From positions 22,341 through 86,340 of the forward strand of contig JACNKV010000084.1 in the NCBI GenBank assembly GCA_014381855.1: a stretch of 64,000 bases of DNA. Reading direction: 5' to 3'. The notes under the pieces were generated by a model, which worked only from the letters and a program-made list of their open reading frames with translations, was not told the origin of the DNA and made no database searches. The position numbers and the translations under genes are program-made. Positions within the stretch are counted from its first letter, which is position 1; each line of letters begins with the position of its first letter. Of this stretch, positions 61,082-64,000 are shown in pieces. Origin of the DNA: Fidelibacterota bacterium (GTDB lineage: Bacteria; Fidelibacterota; Marinisomatia; Marinisomatales; JACNKV01).

Positions 61082-61119
61082 AGCCTATAAATTTAGAAAT
61101 AATACACAAATACATTCAA
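61082..61119 (-). promoter_or_regulatory. candidate strong promoter of the tRNA-tuf-rpmG-secE-nusG... transcription unit (shared module, copy 2)
   Basis: The minus strand reads TTGAATGTATTTGTGTATTATTTCTAAATTTATAGGCT, 94 nt upstream of the first tRNA. The 14-mer TAAATTTATAGGCT and the TTGAnTGTATTT box sit at the same 12-nt separation as in 48102..48139. Confidence 0.45.
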
Positions 61120-61208
61120 ATACTTTTTATAAATATATTAAAAAATATTTTACACGGTGTTTCAATCAAGAAAAATAAACTAAAAATCCAAAGCCTTATC
61201 TCAGAAGA

Positions 61209-62594
61209 TTAAACCGGCTGACACTTTGCTCCGTCAGGCGTGTCCTTCACCAACCATCCCAGCTTGTGGATTTTATCCCGAAGGTCATCAGATAATTTCC
61301 AATTTTTATTCGTACGGGCTTCCTCCCTTTCGTTGAGCAAAGATAATACCGTAGCAGGAATTTCTATCCGGCCGGGAAGCAAATCAAAAATGGAATTAAA
61401 TTTATCGATAAACCGTAATCCGGACGCTCCGTCTTCAAGGGTTAAACTGTCCTCGTCAAGCCGATGGTTCGTCTGTTTTATCCAGTTGAAAAACAAGGCA
61501 AGCGCTTGCGGAGTGTCCAAGTCATTCTCCAATGCTTTGACAAAATCATTAAATACCTTTGGAAAAGAAGCTGATGCAGTTTTATCACCGACAAACGAGG
61601 TTAAACGTTCATAGATATCGGAAATACGCTGTACGGCTTGATCGGCTTCATGTCGTTTCGACAATGAAAAGTTCAGCGTTTTTCTATAATGTGTATTGAG
61701 CAAAATGTATCGGAGTGTCTCAGGCGTAAATCCTTTTTCCAACAAATCGAATATTTGATAATAATTCCCAAGTGATTTACTCATCTTTCCGCCGTCAACC
61801 AGCAGATATTCACAATGCATCCATATATTTACAAACGGTTCACCGGTCGCACATTCTGATTGAGCAATTTCATTTTCATGATGCGGAAACATATTATCAA
61901 CCCCGCCGCAATGGATATCAAAATGAGCCCCTAAATACTCGGTGGACATCGCAGAACATTCAATATGCCATCCGGGTCTTCCCTTTCCCCAGGGAGAATC
62001 CCACGCCACATTTCCGTCTTCCTCTTTCCACGCCTTCCAAAGAACAAAATCCTGCGGATTGTCTTTTGTGTATTCATCAGAGATAATCCGTTCTGTTGAT
62101 TTTTGTCCGCCAAAATCCAGGTGTACGAGTTTCCCATACTCCGGATATGCATCAATTGAGAAATACACAGAGCCGTCACCGGCTTGATAGGCAAATCCGC
62201 CATCAATGAGTTTTTTTATCATCTTGATCATTGATTGTATATGTGCAGTCGCTCGGGGATATTCATCCGCCGGGAGGATTTTTAATCTCTTGAGATCGTC
62301 GAAAAATCTTTCTGTAAATGTCTCGGTGAGTTCTTGAATAGGAATTTTCTTTTCAATCGATTGTTTGATGGTTTTATCATCAACATCCGTGATATTCATG
62401 ACGTGGGTCATTTTATATCCTTTGAGAAGGAGAAACCGCTTCAATAAGTCTTCAAACAAGAATGCACGAAAATTTCCGATATGTGCGACATCATATACCG
62501 TTGGTCCGCAAGTGTAAAGTTTAACCTCCCCTTTTTTGATAGGCGTGAATGTTTCTTTTTGTCTCGTAATTGTGTTATAGAACTTTGTTGACAT
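61209..62594 (-). CDS. cysS: cysteine--tRNA ligase
   Basis: HIGN and KMSKS motifs; 461 aa. Confidence 0.95.
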   Translation of the reverse strand: MSTKFYNTITRQKETFTPIKKGEVKLYTCGPTVYDVAHIGNFRAFLFEDLLKRFLLLKGYKMTHVMNITDVDDKTIKQSIEKKIPIQELTETFTERFFDDLKRLKILPADEYPRATAHIQSMIKMIKKLIDGGFAYQAGDGSVYFSIDAYPEYGKLVHLDFGGQKSTERIISDEYTKDNPQDFVLWKAWKEEDGNVAWDSPWGKGRPGWHIECSAMSTEYLGAHFDIHCGGVDNMFPHHENEIAQSECATGEPFVNIWMHCEYLLVDGGKMSKSLGNYYQIFDLLEKGFTPETLRYILLNTHYRKTLNFSLSKRHEADQAVQRISDIYERLTSFVGDKTASASFPKVFNDFVKALENDLDTPQALALFFNWIKQTNHRLDEDSLTLEDGASGLRFIDKFNSIFDLLPGRIEIPATVLSLLNEREEARTNKNWKLSDDLRDKIHKLGWLVKDTPDGAKCQPV

Positions 62595-62788
62595 AATTAT
62601 TTATCCATGAATTGAATTGTTATGGTTCCAAAAATATGGGTAGAAGGGTTGATGGGTATAATGAGTAATCACAAATTCTCGACACTCCAACACCTAACGT
62701 CCGACATCTAACACAAACCACAAAGTCTTTGTGTTCATGATAGAGAGAACAACTCTTTCGCTGTATGTCATAGAACTTCAAAAAAATA

Positions 62789-63682
62789 TCATCCGTTTAG
62801 CGCTTCGGTAATAATTTTGTTGATGAGTTCAGAAAAAGTTCCTCCGCCTGATTGATATGCCTTAGGTACCAGACTGGTATCTGTCATACCAGGAAGCGTA
62901 TTCATTTCGAGAAACCAATATCTTCCGTTGTCATCTAATCGAAAATCCACGCGACCGTACCCGGAGCAATTCAGTGCTTCATACATCCGCAGTGCATCGT
63001 TCTGAATTTGATTCGTCAACGCTTCCGGTATCTTTGCCGGACACTCATACCGACTCATCCCGGTGGTGTATTTACATTCATAATCATACAGTTCATGTGA
63101 GGGGACAATTTCAACGATCGGAAATACATCTTTTCCAACAATGGCTACTGTAATCTCACGCCCGGGGATGAACGTCTCCAACAGAATTTTATCACTATGT
63201 ACACTTGCTCGGTCAATAGCCGGAATGAGTTCGTCTTCATTATGAACGATAGATAATCCCACGGTACTCCCTTGGTCATTTGGTTTGACGACCAAGGGAA
63301 ATATAAGGTTCTTTGGAATATCATCTGATGGATTTATCAAATACCAATCCGGTGTATCGAACTCGGCCTCTCTGACTACTCCTTTACTCAGATGTTTGTT
63401 CATGCATAAGTAAGAAGCTTCCGGACCCGACCCGGTGTACACAATATTTTCCTCATCTAAACATCGTTGAATATCACCATTTTCACCTTCACCCCCGTGC
63501 AGTGCATTAAAAACGATATCCATATTTCTTAACCGGGGTAGGACTGATTCGATCGAATCATTTAACATGACGGAATCCACCTCATAATTCAACTGCTCAC
63601 AGGCTTTAGCCACCGCCGTCCCGGTGGATATCGAAATCTCACGTTCGGTGGACGTTCCTCCCATTAATATTGCGACGTTCAT
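62789..63682 (-). CDS. ddl: D-alanine--D-alanine ligase
   Basis: 297 aa. VAILMGG.S.EREISI..G N-terminus and ATP-grasp C-terminus ending EMNT.PGMT..S..P. Confidence 0.88.
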   Translation of the reverse strand: MNVAILMGGTSTEREISISTGTAVAKACEQLNYEVDSVMLNDSIESVLPRLRNMDIVFNALHGGEGENGDIQRCLDEENIVYTGSGPEASYLCMNKHLSKGVVREAEFDTPDWYLINPSDDIPKNLIFPLVVKPNDQGSTVGLSIVHNEDELIPAIDRASVHSDKILLETFIPGREITVAIVGKDVFPIVEIVPSHELYDYECKYTTGMSRYECPAKIPEALTNQIQNDALRMYEALNCSGYGRVDFRLDDNGRYWFLEMNTLPGMTDTSLVPKAYQSGGGTFSELINKIITEALNG

Positions 63683-64000
63683 TGAGAAACCTCTGTCAAT
63701 GTTTTTGCACCCGCCAATAAATCCTCAGCAATGTACGTCGGATTATATTCACCACTCTTTTGCAATTTTTTTCCATTTCCCGTTAAAACCAACATTGTAT
63801 CCATCCCCAAATTTTTGCCGGCCTTCATATCAACCATGCTGTCTCCGATGATTAAAGAGTGTCCCAAGTCAATATAATGATCTTTAGCTGCTTCTAAAAA
63901 CATCCCAGGTCCGGGTTTTCGCATATTCGTCGCTCTGTCCGGATGGTCGGCATTCCAATAAATGCCCAACAATGGCAACTCATTCTGAAAAAATACTTTT
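63679..64000 (-). CDS. HAD-IIIA phosphatase, GmhB-like (partial; 5' end beyond the window)
   Basis: The frame is open to the window edge (…KVFFQNELPLLGIYWNADHPD…RKPGPGMFLEA…IIGDSMVDMKAGKNLG). The RKP.PGM and GD...D motifs are those of histidinol-phosphatase/GmhB-type HAD enzymes. ATGA-type overlap with the ddl start. Confidence 0.6.
   Translation of the reverse strand, partial: KVFFQNELPLLGIYWNADHPDRATNMRKPGPGMFLEAAKDHYIDLGHSLIIGDSMVDMKAGKNLGMDTMLVLTGNGKKLQKSGEYNPTYIAEDLLAGAKTLTEVSQ

Noticed and set aside
62595-62788. T-box riboswitch upstream of cysS
   Set aside because: I could not find the conserved T-box sequence, an AG bulge/specifier arrangement, or a terminator/antiterminator pair with a U-tract.

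Overview
The window is a fairly AT-rich bacterial core-genome segment. Every gene I can support (about 80 CDS and 5 tRNAs) is on the minus strand. In transcription order (high to low coordinates) it contains: a partial gmhB-like HAD phosphatase, ddl and cysS; then the tRNA-Thr/Tyr/Gly/Thr-tuf-rpmG-tRNA-Trp-secE-nusG-rplKAJL-rpoBC block; then the str operon (rpsL-rpsG-fusA-tuf); then complete S10, spc and alpha operons (secY-map-infA-rpmJ, with no adk). A GHL10-type glycosidase-like gene follows, then ffh-rpsP-KH-rimM-trmD-rplS. After that comes a run of housekeeping genes: asnS, a TIGR00725 protein, acyP, nadE, a U32 peptidase, usp, pepA, rmuC, lepA, polA, an ABC exporter, alr, a sodium:solute symporter, a DUF1343/NamZ protein, an outer-membrane protein and alaS. 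I see no CRISPR array, transposase, integrase, phage gene or recognisable defence/toxin system, so I cannot honestly point to a new multi-gene system here. The items worth a second look are local anomalies. (1) asnS is broken by a single in-frame TGA. (2) uS12 has Ser at the conserved Pro of the KDLPGVRY loop, a classical streptomycin-phenotype site. (3) A 1221-bp perfect tuf repeat extends into the start codons of rpsJ and rpmG. (4) A 38-nt promoter-like module is shared by the tRNA-tuf operon and rpsL. (5) uL5 and bS16 carry long Lys-rich tails. (6) A GC-rich island carries a plus-strand terminator-like hairpin, the only plus-strand signal in the window. (7) Several G/T-rich periodic or bipartite motifs lie in the few long intergenic leaders. 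Gene order and the promoter-like motif are compatible with an FCB-group-like organism, but I cannot establish that from this window alone.
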